IMG/VR virus record: IMGVR_UViG_2675903675_000001
Coordinates: 64,001 to 99,897 of that record
DNA: 35,897 bases
Direction: 5' to 3' (one strand)
Source of the DNA: a virus
Lineage: Duplodnaviria; Heunggongvirae; Uroviricota; Caudoviricetes
Shown piece after piece: positions 26,245 through 35,034 of this stretch. Every line of letters begins with the position of its first letter. Position 1 is the stretch's first letter. The notes under the pieces are model-generated. The model searched no databases and was not told where the DNA came from. It was given only the letters and a program-made list of their open reading frames with translations. The position numbers and the translations under genes are program-made.

Positions 26245-27525
26245 ATGGCAGATGTAAAAGCGACCCAACCAAAAACGATTAATTGCAAACTATGCGGTCA
26301 CGCTGTTTTATCAATCAATCTTCATTTGAAAGTTAAACAAGATTCAGGTAAGTCGGATTGTGCAAATCGACCAACACACAAAGACGGTTCTGAAATGACT
26401 GACGCAGAGGCGTTTTCTGAGTACCAACGTCTTTACCCAAGCGCACCAACAATGTCGGCTGATGCGTTGGAGTACATGAAGAAGAAACAAGCTGAGAAAG
26501 CGGCTGAGATTGAGAAGGTTAGCATGGCGACTGTCGCAGAGCCTATTGAAGACAGCAAAGTTACGCCTATCCATGGTTACGTTGCTTCAACCGAATACAA
26601 GACTGAGCGAGTGGCGGCTAATGAAATTCTAAAAATGCCACTGTCAAAACTTTGCAATTCAACAGGTCGAGAGATTGTCGTTGAGACGTTTATCAACAAA
26701 CCATTCCCTGAATTTGTTCCTGATATTAACGAGTCGTATGTATTCAACGATACCGAGCTTGTTAAAGATGTTCTTATGATGTTTACGACAGGTATGCCCG
26801 GTTATCTTTGGGGTCATGCAGGAACAGGTAAGTCATCGTTACCAACTCAAATAGCGGCTCGACTAAACCGACCTATTATTCGTTCACAACATACAGCTTC
26901 AACCGAAGAGTCTCACATCACAGGTCAAATACTGGCGAAAGACGGTCGCACTTATTTTGAAGCAGGTTTGTTGACTCTCGCAATGAAACACGGCTGGATT
27001 TATTTAGCTGATGAATACGACTTTGCTTATCCGCAGATCTTATCACTATACCAACCGGTTCTTGAGGGTGAACCACTTGTTCTTAAAGAAGCCACCCCTG
27101 AATGGCGTAGGACGCTTAAACATAAACACTTTGCTTTCGTTGCGACTGGAAACACTAACGGGTCTGGTGACGAAACTGGACTGTATCAAGGAACAAACCA
27201 GCAAAACGCCGCAAACTTCTCACGTTTTGCGATTGTTTCAAAAGTTGAATACATGCCGATAGAACAAGAAAAGGCAATTTTAATGTCGTACGACATACCG
27301 GAAATGTTCGCTAATAAATTGGTTCAATTTGCCAAACGAGCGCGAGACGCTTACGACGCACATGAAATAACTCAACCAATTGGGCCTCGTGAGCTGTTAA
27401 ATGCAGGTTTGGTTGGTGTTATGCGTGGCGATCCTCTTTTGGGTATTAAAAAGGCTTATATAAACAAGCTTCCATCCGCAGCCGCAGCCGCAGTAACTGA
27501 ATTCGCACAACGTATCTTTGGTTAA
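26245..27525 (+). CDS. CobS/MoxR-like AAA+ ATPase with N-terminal Cys/His finger
   Basis: CKLC...H...H N-terminus; Walker A GHAGTGKSS; Walker B YLADEYD; ATGNTNG, SRF, IGPREL. Confidence 0.9.
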   Translation: MADVKATQPKTINCKLCGHAVLSINLHLKVKQDSGKSDCANRPTHKDGSEMTDAEAFSEYQRLYPSAPTMSADALEYMKKKQAEKAAEIEKVSMATVAEPIEDSKVTPIHGYVASTEYKTERVAANEILKMPLSKLCNSTGREIVVETFINKPFPEFVPDINESYVFNDTELVKDVLMMFTTGMPGYLWGHAGTGKSSLPTQIAARLNRPIIRSQHTASTEESHITGQILAKDGRTYFEAGLLTLAMKHGWIYLADEYDFAYPQILSLYQPVLEGEPLVLKEATPEWRRTLKHKHFAFVATGNTNGSGDETGLYQGTNQQNAANFSRFAIVSKVEYMPIEQEKAILMSYDIPEMFANKLVQFAKRARDAYDAHEITQPIGPRELLNAGLVGVMRGDPLLGIKKAYINKLPSAAAAAVTEFAQRIFG

Positions 27526-27528
27526 TTA

Positions 27529-27717
27529 ATGACAGGCTGTTTTGGATCGATAACAACAGCCTCTAAAAGCTCGTCTCTTTGCGTTTCCTGCAAGCATAGA
27601 GAGGCGTGTCACATTGAGGCAAAGAGAAGAATGATTGTTATTTTTGGTAAATTTGAATGCTTCCCACACGACGGATCGGGGAAGCGAGGGAATAAAAATG
27701 CAAGCGTTAATGGTTAA
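27529..27717 (+). CDS. Small Cys-rich hypothetical protein
   Basis: Bridges the AAA+ stop and the dnaE start; C...CxxC...C pattern. Confidence 0.5.
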   Translation: MTGCFGSITTASKSSSLCVSCKHREACHIEAKRRMIVIFGKFECFPHDGSGKRGNKNASVNG

Positions 27718-30700
27718 GACAGACTTTTCTTTAGGGGAGTCTACGATAAAGGCATCCAATGCGGTGAAATTTGCAAAAGAAAAGGGGTACAGAGCGATTA
27801 TCTCGGCTGACACGATGAATGTGTCGTCCATCATACCAATGCAGCTAGAAGCGGCTGGAGAGATTGACGTTATCTTAGGTGTCAGATTATCGATTGTTGA
27901 CTGCCCATTGTTAGAGTCGGAAAACAAAAAGCTAAAAGAACTTAACGAGCCTCTTTTGGAATTTAAACGTGACGTAGGCTACTCATTTACAGCTTTAGTT
28001 AAAAATGACAAAGGCTTTTCTGATATCTGCGAACTGTGCTCACTAGGTTATGAACGCGCTCAGTTTTACAAATACCCTAGACTTGATTTACGGCAAGTCA
28101 TAGACATTTACGCAAGAGGTAACATCGTTCTGATTACATCTGATTATGATAGCGTTTTTCGTCGCCGCGACTACAACGTTATTATGACCAAACTTGCTGA
28201 TATCAACAAAGACGACTTGTACTCTGCCGTTTACCCAATGGCTTCGCCTTTCTTTGACCAGATAAACATCAAAGCTTGCCAAGTAGCTGAAAGCCTTTCT
28301 TTGAATCGCGTTGCTTTTTACCCTGCCTACTACGAGTCGATCGATGATGCAGACCTTAAAGATGTAGCTTATCAAGTTTGTAACAACGTGAAAGCCGACC
28401 AAACCTATCGAATGAAAAAGCCTTATGTGCGAGATAACGCCATTAATGATCGTTCTCATTTAATCAAGAACCTGAAATCATTTAGTGAACGTGTGAAGGT
28501 CGGTGTACACGCAGATATGGTTTCAAAAAATCAAAGCGAGATTATCGATAAATGCCTTTGGCGTTGGCGAAAAATGGACGCCGCTTTACCCAAAATGGCA
28601 GAAAACGAAGCTGAAACCTTGAAGAATATGGCTATTCTTGGACTGCGCGAAAAGCTGACTGGCAAATCGTTTGGGTACACTCCGAAGAAACTAGAATGGC
28701 AAAATTACATTGATCGCATGAAGTATGAATTATCCGTTTTAACAAAACTAGGATTTTGCGGTTACTTCCTGATGGTTGCCGATTTGATGCAATACGCTAG
28801 AAAGGAAAATATTCCAGTTGGTGCAGGTCGTGGTTCTGTAGGTGGTTCTTTGCTGGCGTGGTGTATCGGTATCACTGATGTTGATCCAATTAGACATGGG
28901 TTGCTGTTTGAGCGTTTCATTAACCCCGAACGACTCGACTTACCGGATGCAGACTTGGACTTTTCACAGTCAAAGAGACACTTGGCGATAGAATATCTTT
29001 ATGAAAAATACGGTGATGATTATGTTGCAGGTATCGTCAACTACTCATATTTAGGCGCTGCTTCTTCAATTCGTGATTCCGCTCGTATCTTCAATGTTCC
29101 ATCGGCAGATTTGTCTGTCTCTAAAGATGTTAGCTTTGCAGCGAAAGGCGAAGATCGTCCGCTCGAAGAACTAAGAGAGGAACTTTCGTCACTCGACAAA
29201 TACGCAGAGAAGCACCCACAAGCCTTTAACGCAGCCTGTAAATTGAAAAGCATGTTACGCAGCTACGGACGACATGCGGCCGGTATGATTGTTTCGAGCG
29301 TACCTATTCGTGAGAGAGCTGTTATTGAGCTGAGAGGTGGTGAGCGTGTTATTAATTGGGATAAACGCCATTGTGAAGACATGGGTTTAATTAAGCTCGA
29401 CGTCCTCGGATTGGCTACACTCGATTTATTGCAATACGCCATTGATTATATAGAAGAGAGATTAGGCGTTGGTGTTGTTAATCTCAGCGAGGTTTCTCTT
29501 GATGATAGTAAAGTTATGGATAATTTTGCACTTGGTAGAACAAAAGGCGTTTTCCAGCTTGAAAGCGGATCAATGCGTAAATTGCTGAAAGATTTAGGCG
29601 GCGGTTTAGATCCAATCAAATTTGAAACTGTTGTGGCAACAACCGCATTATTTAGACCAGGGCCTATTCAATCAGGTATGTTGGAAACTTTCGTTTCTGT
29701 TGCAAAAGGTTTTGGTGAATCGGAATCTCTTCACCCTAAGTTGGATGACTTAACCAAAGAAACAAACGGCGTTATTTTGTATCAAGAGCAGACAATGAAA
29801 ACCGTGCAAATACTCGGCGGATTTACACTCTCAGAGGCGGATGGAATAAGAAAAGCTATTGGTAAAAAAGACGCTGCAAAAATGGCTTCAATGGGGGTTT
29901 TGTTTAAATCACAGGCTGGAGCTGGTTGGATTGATGTGAAATTTACGGATGGATCAACAAAAACCATTCACAGAGCAGAACATTTTAAACATGATGAAGA
30001 AAAACTAACTGTCGAAGAAGCATTGAGAAAAGGCATTGATTTAACTGTAGATGATAAGACTGTTTCTTGTATTGTCGAAGGCTCAGAACAACCCGGACTT
30101 AGCGAAGAGAAAGCCGACGAAGTATGGACTGCTCTCGAAAAAAATGGAGCCTATCAGTTCAACAAATCTCATGCCGTTGCGTATACTTTAATCAGCTATC
30201 AGGCTATGTGGCTTAAAACATATTACCCGGCTGAGTTCTTTGCCGCCGCAATTTCAATACTAGGCGAGGACAAACATCAGGACCTAGTAACTGACGCCGC
30301 CGACTACGGGATTTCCATACTTCCACCTGATATCAATATATCGACCCATCGTATGGAAATCAGAGTTATCGACGGATCACAAAAACTGTATGCACCTTTC
30401 AGCTCAGTCAAAGGTTGTTCAGAAAACGGTAGTAAAGCTATTGTGGAGGCAAGAGCGAAAATAGGCGGTAATTTTGAAAGCAAGGAGCAATTCATGAATA
30501 CGGTTAATCGTCGTTCGTGTAACGCTCGTGTCATTGAGTCTCTTGATTCAGTAGGGGCTTTTGCAAGCATAGATCCAACTCAGCCGCCAGCGACGGATGA
30601 ATCGCGACTTAAATCTCAGGCTGAATTGATGGGTAGCTTGATAGTCGAGGCGGTTAAGACAGATCGTGAATTCGTTATGGACGAAAAGAAAAACGCCAAT

Positions 30701-31228
30701 ATCAATCTGTTAATGTCTCGCATCGTTAAAGAAGAAAAGCTCGGTGAAGATATGGCTCGACCTAAAACAGGCAGAAAACCTAAGTTTATGATCATTCTCG
30801 ATAGCGCAAGTAAAGGTGATATCAAGAGCGGCTATTTCATGGAGTCAGGTTATAACGAGTTTAGAGCTATCTTAACGAACGCAGGTTTTCTGGTTGGTGA
30901 TTTGTATATCACTGGCGTGGTGAAAAAATCGAAGAAAGAAGGCGAAAAGAGCTATTCCAAAGAAGATATTTCAAAATTCACTGAATACATGAAATCTGAA
31001 ATTGAACTCGCTCAACCAACCTACATTTTGGCGGCAGGAAGTTTGGCAGCAGGTCTTTTCAACAATAAATCGAAACCCTCTGATCTTATTGGTAGGAAAG
31101 AATATATCGCAGATATGGATGCCACTGTCTTTTATGGGTTTAACCCTAACATTCTGTACTTCCGACCAGAGGAAGATGAGAAGCTGATCAAGATTGTGGA
31201 AGAAATTGCCGCAGCAGTAAACGAATAG
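27698..31228 (+). CDS. dnaE: DNA polymerase III alpha-like (DnaE) with C-terminal UDG-like domain
   Basis: GAGGG RBS before ATG27698; PHP domain, GRGSVGGSL, RLDLPDADLDF, GRHAAG, LIKLDVLG, YQEQ, FNKSHAVAY. Confidence 0.93.
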   Translation: MQALMVKTDFSLGESTIKASNAVKFAKEKGYRAIISADTMNVSSIIPMQLEAAGEIDVILGVRLSIVDCPLLESENKKLKELNEPLLEFKRDVGYSFTALVKNDKGFSDICELCSLGYERAQFYKYPRLDLRQVIDIYARGNIVLITSDYDSVFRRRDYNVIMTKLADINKDDLYSAVYPMASPFFDQINIKACQVAESLSLNRVAFYPAYYESIDDADLKDVAYQVCNNVKADQTYRMKKPYVRDNAINDRSHLIKNLKSFSERVKVGVHADMVSKNQSEIIDKCLWRWRKMDAALPKMAENEAETLKNMAILGLREKLTGKSFGYTPKKLEWQNYIDRMKYELSVLTKLGFCGYFLMVADLMQYARKENIPVGAGRGSVGGSLLAWCIGITDVDPIRHGLLFERFINPERLDLPDADLDFSQSKRHLAIEYLYEKYGDDYVAGIVNYSYLGAASSIRDSARIFNVPSADLSVSKDVSFAAKGEDRPLEELREELSSLDKYAEKHPQAFNAACKLKSMLRSYGRHAAGMIVSSVPIRERAVIELRGGERVINWDKRHCEDMGLIKLDVLGLATLDLLQYAIDYIEERLGVGVVNLSEVSLDDSKVMDNFALGRTKGVFQLESGSMRKLLKDLGGGLDPIKFETVVATTALFRPGPIQSGMLETFVSVAKGFGESESLHPKLDDLTKETNGVILYQEQTMKTVQILGGFTLSEADGIRKAIGKKDAAKMASMGVLFKSQAGAGWIDVKFTDGSTKTIHRAEHFKHDEEKLTVEEALRKGIDLTVDDKTVSCIVEGSEQPGLSEEKADEVWTALEKNGAYQFNKSHAVAYTLISYQAMWLKTYYPAEFFAAAISILGEDKHQDLVTDAADYGISILPPDINISTHRMEIRVIDGSQKLYAPFSSVKGCSENGSKAIVEARAKIGGNFESKEQFMNTVNRRSCNARVIESLDSVGAFASIDPTQPPATDESRLKSQAELMGSLIVEAVKTDREFVMDEKKNANINLLMSRIVKEEKLGEDMARPKTGRKPKFMIILDSASKGDIKSGYFMESGYNEFRAILTNAGFLVGDLYITGVVKKSKKEGEKSYSKEDISKFTEYMKSEIELAQPTYILAAGSLAAGLFNNKSKPSDLIGRKEYIADMDATVFYGFNPNILYFRPEEDEKLIKIVEEIAAAVNE

Positions 31229-31234
31229 CCGTTA

Positions 31235-31280
31235 AAGCCTTTCAGATAGTCTTCATCCCCTATCTGATTGGCTTATTATT
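31235..31280 (+). terminator. Hairpin aagcc..tcagatag-10nt-ctatctga..ggctt followed by T-rich sequence
   Basis: 8-bp inner stem with a 5-bp outer extension after the dnaE stop. Confidence 0.45.
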
Positions 31281-31310
31281 TAGTTGTTAAGATTTGAAAG
31301 AGAAAAGTAA

Positions 31311-31757
31311 ATGAAAAACGCAGTAACTAACAACCTACCAATTACACCAAAAATCAAAGAGAAAGCTAAGTCTATGGTTCTCGCCTCTCCTTTTGGGGAA
31401 TTTATATCAACGACAACAAACTTTGAGTTAGCCAAGGCGTTAGCAAAGAAAGACGATTTGCGTGTTAACCGCCATATCCGCAGCGTTGCAAAGAACCTAG
31501 TTGGTACAAGCAAACTGGACTTGTTGAATACTTTGATCAGCAATATCGCCAGTAGCAGCAACACAGAGAAAGCCTTAAATGATTTACTGCATTATCGCGA
31601 TAGATTCATTTCAAGTGCTGAGATTAGAGTGGCGGCAATGAATGAGTACATTGGCGGCGATTTAGATGACCTGAAATCGCAGGGCGTACCTTTAGAAGAA
31701 TTAACTCAGCGTGTCTCTGATTTTAGAGCGCAGTATTCAAATAAAGAGGCAGCATAA
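31311..31757 (+). CDS. Hypothetical protein
   Basis: 148-aa ORF; stop overlaps the next start (TAATG). Confidence 0.65.
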   Translation: MKNAVTNNLPITPKIKEKAKSMVLASPFGEFISTTTNFELAKALAKKDDLRVNRHIRSVAKNLVGTSKLDLLNTLISNIASSSNTEKALNDLLHYRDRFISSAEIRVAAMNEYIGGDLDDLKSQGVPLEELTQRVSDFRAQYSNKEAA

Positions 31758-32023
31758 TGGAACAAGTAACTTTAAAACTCACATACTTTAAAGCCAGCGG
31801 TAAATATTACTCAGAAGGTGAGCTAAAGGTTGATAAAAACTTAGATTGGGGCGTTTGTCTTGAGCTTGTTGATTTTCACTTTAGAGGTGCTTGCTTGCCG
31901 GGTCTTAATAAAGGCTCCAGCGGCTTTATTGTTCACGTTACAAGTGAAGATCATCCAAAGGCTTTTCCAGCGATAATCACCAACTCGTTGAAAAAGGTTA
32001 GTGGAAAAATCAACTCGCTTTAA
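31757..32023 (+). CDS. Small phage hypothetical protein (LTYFKxSGKYY type)
   Basis: GAGG RBS; translational coupling. Confidence 0.65.
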   Translation: MEQVTLKLTYFKASGKYYSEGELKVDKNLDWGVCLELVDFHFRGACLPGLNKGSSGFIVHVTSEDHPKAFPAIITNSLKKVSGKINSL

Positions 32024-32027
32024 TATG

Positions 32028-32062
32028 TAGGTATTAACTTACATATTAGGTTCATATAAAAT
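32028..32062 (+). promoter_or_regulatory. Operator taggta-ttaact-tacata overlapping a TTAACT-17-TAAAAT promoter
   Basis: 11/12 motif; -10 at 32057-32062. Confidence 0.6.
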
Positions 32063-32101
32063 AAAACACATATGCAGACAAAAAGATTTAGCAGGTAAAA
32101 A

Positions 32102-32641
32102 ATGAGTAATTTAAAAGAAAATATTAAGGCTCAAATCATCGAAAAAATAACCAAAGATTTGAGTATTGATCTAAGCGACCTTAATGCCGTTTGGGTTAAA
32201 CAGCCTGAGTTAATGATGACTTACGGCTCAAAAATGGCAGAGGCAGAACGATTAGCGGCGGAAGAGAAACGTCGGGTTGAGGCTTTGTCTGCGACGCTCT
32301 ACAACATCATTCGTTCAGATAGGGCAATGAGCGGCACAAAAACATCTGAAACAGGCATAGATTCAATGGTTAAGCAGGTTGAACGCTTGTACTCAGGTGA
32401 GGACGGTGACTTGAATTTAAACACAACATTCATTCAATCATTACCGGAAAAGGTTGAGACTATCTCACGCACTTTGTCAGCCGCCAGAGTCAGCTATGAG
32501 CACAACAAAGAGATTTACGAAATATTCAAAGCAGCGGTTGAAGCACTTCGTCACCGTCGCGATATGGTCGTACAAGCGTCTAAGAAAAGCATCTTGGATT
32601 ATGAATATTTGAACGCTGGTAGCTTTGCCGGAAAGAAATAG
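32102..32641 (+). CDS. UvsY-like recombination mediator
   Basis: ITKDLSIDLSDL...PELMMTYGSK and YEIFKAAVEALRHR resemble T4 UvsY (LKKDVFIDSTKL...LDFCSGALDAIKSR); adjacent to SSB and RecA. Confidence 0.55.
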   Translation: MSNLKENIKAQIIEKITKDLSIDLSDLNAVWVKQPELMMTYGSKMAEAERLAAEEKRRVEALSATLYNIIRSDRAMSGTKTSETGIDSMVKQVERLYSGEDGDLNLNTTFIQSLPEKVETISRTLSAARVSYEHNKEIYEIFKAAVEALRHRRDMVVQASKKSILDYEYLNAGSFAGKK

Positions 32642-32668
32642 AAACCTTACAAAAAAATAGCTTTTAAA

Positions 32669-32686
32669 TAAGTAATCACTGAACTA
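32669..32686 (-). promoter_or_regulatory. Operator-like motif (minus strand tagttc-agtgat-tactta) upstream of the SSB gene
   Basis: 10/12 match, sitting in the spacer of a TTTTAA-17-TATTAT promoter-like sequence. Confidence 0.5.
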
Positions 32687-32777
32687 TTATTTGCAACACT
32701 GAACGAACAGTAAAACAGGTAACGTGATTAAATTAATCAATTAACCAAACTTAAAAACGAATTAAAGGAAAGAACTT

Positions 32778-33761
32778 ATGTCAGCTTTATTAGATCTCAT
32801 TCGTAGTCAGCGTAAAGAAATGGCGGTAAAACGTGCAAGTCGTGGCGTTGATACTGTTAAGTTACAAAACGGTATTCAGTATCTCCGCGTATTCCCTAAT
32901 CCAGAAGATGCAGACGGTGCGTTTTATCAAATGTTTGGTATGCACTTTGTTAAAACCAAAGAAGACGGTAAAGACAAAACGGTTGCCACTATTTGTAAAA
33001 CTGCAACTTATGGTGATTCTTGCGAAATTTGTGAAGGCTTGATGGAAGCGAAAGCCATTTACAAAGGCAACAAGGATATGGAAGACCTGATTAATGACAT
33101 TCGTTCATCACAACGCTATATCGTAAACGGTGCTGTTACACCAACGCCTGATATGGCACCAGTTACCGCAGCTCAGTTAATTGAATTACCTCAAACCGTT
33201 TTTGAAGATTTACTTAAATCTATTGATGAAGATATGTCTGATGAAATCGGTATGCCTTTAGATGCGAAAGTAGGTTACTGCTTCAAGGTTGAACGTACTG
33301 GATCAGGTCGTGACACTAAATACTCTGTCTCTCCGGTTCGTCGTGAAGGTAAAGCAGAGATCCCTGCTAATTTAATGAGTTCAATGCACAACCTTCAAAA
33401 CTTCGCAGATAGCCAAATGGACGCAAATAAGTTGACAGTCGCGGCTAAAGTTATTGGTTCATTAACCGGAGTTTCAATTGGTATCAGCTCTACACTATCT
33501 CTTCCAGCAACGGGAACGACGGGCGTGTCTTCATTGCCGGGCTTTTCCGAGCCAGCAGGTGAGCCAAGTAAATCTGAAACGTTGATCGAAGCGGAAGCGA
33601 AGAAAGCAGCGGAAGCAGAATTCAAAGGTGCAGAAAGCGCCAAAGCTTCAGAAGCAGCCAAAAAAGCAGAACCAGCACCAGCACCAGAAGCACCAGCGGT
33701 AGAAGAGCCAGTTGGTGATGACGAGCTGGCTAAAATGATGGCAGAACTTAGCGGTCTGTAA
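32778..33761 (+). CDS. T4 gp32-like single-stranded DNA-binding protein
   Basis: LRVFP, MHF...C...CEIC Zn-ligand pattern, GYCFKVERTGSGRDTKYS, acidic flexible C-terminal tail. Confidence 0.75.
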   Translation: MSALLDLIRSQRKEMAVKRASRGVDTVKLQNGIQYLRVFPNPEDADGAFYQMFGMHFVKTKEDGKDKTVATICKTATYGDSCEICEGLMEAKAIYKGNKDMEDLINDIRSSQRYIVNGAVTPTPDMAPVTAAQLIELPQTVFEDLLKSIDEDMSDEIGMPLDAKVGYCFKVERTGSGRDTKYSVSPVRREGKAEIPANLMSSMHNLQNFADSQMDANKLTVAAKVIGSLTGVSIGISSTLSLPATGTTGVSSLPGFSEPAGEPSKSETLIEAEAKKAAEAEFKGAESAKASEAAKKAEPAPAPEAPAVEEPVGDDELAKMMAELSGL

Positions 33762-33784
33762 TTGGTAGATAACGTTGAACATTT

Positions 33785-33810
33785 GGGCGCATTCGTGCGC
33801 CCTTATCTTT
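33785..33810 (+). terminator. gggcgca-TTCG-tgcgccc hairpin followed by ttatcttt
   Basis: Perfect 7-bp stem with a UUCG loop. Confidence 0.6.
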
Positions 33811-33820
33811 GGGAAAGAAT

Positions 33821-34765
33821 ATGAACCTCTTATTAGTTGACGCTCACAGTCAAGGTTATTACCACCAGCAATCAGGCGCAGTTTTAAAAGTTGGTGATAT
33901 GGAAGTACAAGGCTTTTACAACACAATGAGAGCCGTTAAACGAACAGCTTCAATTATGAAAGCGCGTGTCATGGTGTTGTGGGATGGTAAGCCGGTGAAA
34001 CGCAATGCGTTATTCCCCAACTACAAAACTCGTGAACCTAATTCTGATATGGACGCTATGAAGTCGAAGTTTAAAGCTCAGCGCCCTCTTATCCAGCAAG
34101 CATTTTCTTATCTTGGTGTAGAACAACTCATTGCAGAAGACGGTGAAGCTGATGATTTAGCCGGGCTTATCGTTGCTCAAGAAAAGAAAAACTACGATCA
34201 CATTTATTTATTATCCGGTGATGGGGATTGGAAACAGCTTGTTTGTGAAAACGTTTCTTTCATCAATCAGCGCGACGACAAAATACTTTCTTTATCAGGC
34301 TTCCTTGAAGACACAGGTTTCCACACCCCACTTGCGTTTGTTCAGGGAAAAGCTCTTCAAGGCGATGCGTCTGACACCATTCCCGGTGTTGGTGGTATTG
34401 GTGAAAAAGGGTCTAAAGAATTTTTGGCTGAATACGGCTCTGTTGCCGAAATTAGAAAAATCGTTTTGGCTGGCGGCGAGTTAATGCAAAGTCGCTCTCG
34501 TAATAGCTTTATCAAATTGGCAAAGAATCACTTTAACGAAAAGTTAGGCATTGGAATGATGGATGCGTTTATACGCAATCTTAAATTAATGATGTTGCTG
34601 AACTGCCCTTTGAAGCCCGACACAATCACTTCTATTCCGACAGACTACAGCCCTGAAAAGCTTCGCGACCTTTTCCTTGAATATAATTTTCAATCGATTC
34701 TTGATGATTTGGACGTGTTTTTTACACCATTTAAACGCTATGGAGTAGGGGCAGAACTCGCATGA
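33821..34765 (+). CDS. 5'-3' exonuclease/flap endonuclease (PolI N-terminus/T4 RNase H family)
   Basis: LLLVDA, EADDLAG, LSGDGDWKQL, GDASDTIPGVGGIGEK helix-hairpin-helix. Confidence 0.9.
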   Translation: MNLLLVDAHSQGYYHQQSGAVLKVGDMEVQGFYNTMRAVKRTASIMKARVMVLWDGKPVKRNALFPNYKTREPNSDMDAMKSKFKAQRPLIQQAFSYLGVEQLIAEDGEADDLAGLIVAQEKKNYDHIYLLSGDGDWKQLVCENVSFINQRDDKILSLSGFLEDTGFHTPLAFVQGKALQGDASDTIPGVGGIGEKGSKEFLAEYGSVAEIRKIVLAGGELMQSRSRNSFIKLAKNHFNEKLGIGMMDAFIRNLKLMMLLNCPLKPDTITSIPTDYSPEKLRDLFLEYNFQSILDDLDVFFTPFKRYGVGAELA

Positions 34766-35034
34766 TTTTGTCATTAATAGATACAACCGTCAAAACAACG
34801 CCGACGACACTGGCAAAAGAAATCATCATGCTTCACGGACGTGATGGGTTAGGTCGTGTTCGCTCTATTTTAAACCAACGCGGAAACCCACCGACTGAAC
34901 GTGAACTTGAGCAGATCCACAAACATTGTCTAACCATTCATAACCGCGTTTGTAAGAACTTAGGTTTAGACATGATAGATGAAGAAATACTGAAAACTAT
35001 TTACCCGTTAGAGGTAGCGTATCATGGCAGTTAA
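34762..35034 (+). CDS. Hypothetical protein
   Basis: ATGA overlap with the exonuclease; overlaps the recA start. Confidence 0.6.
   Translation: MILSLIDTTVKTTPTTLAKEIIMLHGRDGLGRVRSILNQRGNPPTERELEQIHKHCLTIHNRVCKNLGLDMIDEEILKTIYPLEVAYHGS

Noticed and set aside
23818-27525. Cobalamin biosynthesis (CobST cobaltochelatase) function
   Set aside because: No cobN or other cob genes in the window; the family resemblance supports only a generic MoxR/VWA pair.
27526-27927. Minus-strand 133-aa ORF
   Set aside because: Antisense to the dnaE start and the coupled Cys-rich ORF; a shadow frame.
29927-30094. Possible mini-intein in DnaE
   Set aside because: No N-terminal Cys/Ser block, no His-Asn-Cys/Ser/Thr junction, and too short.
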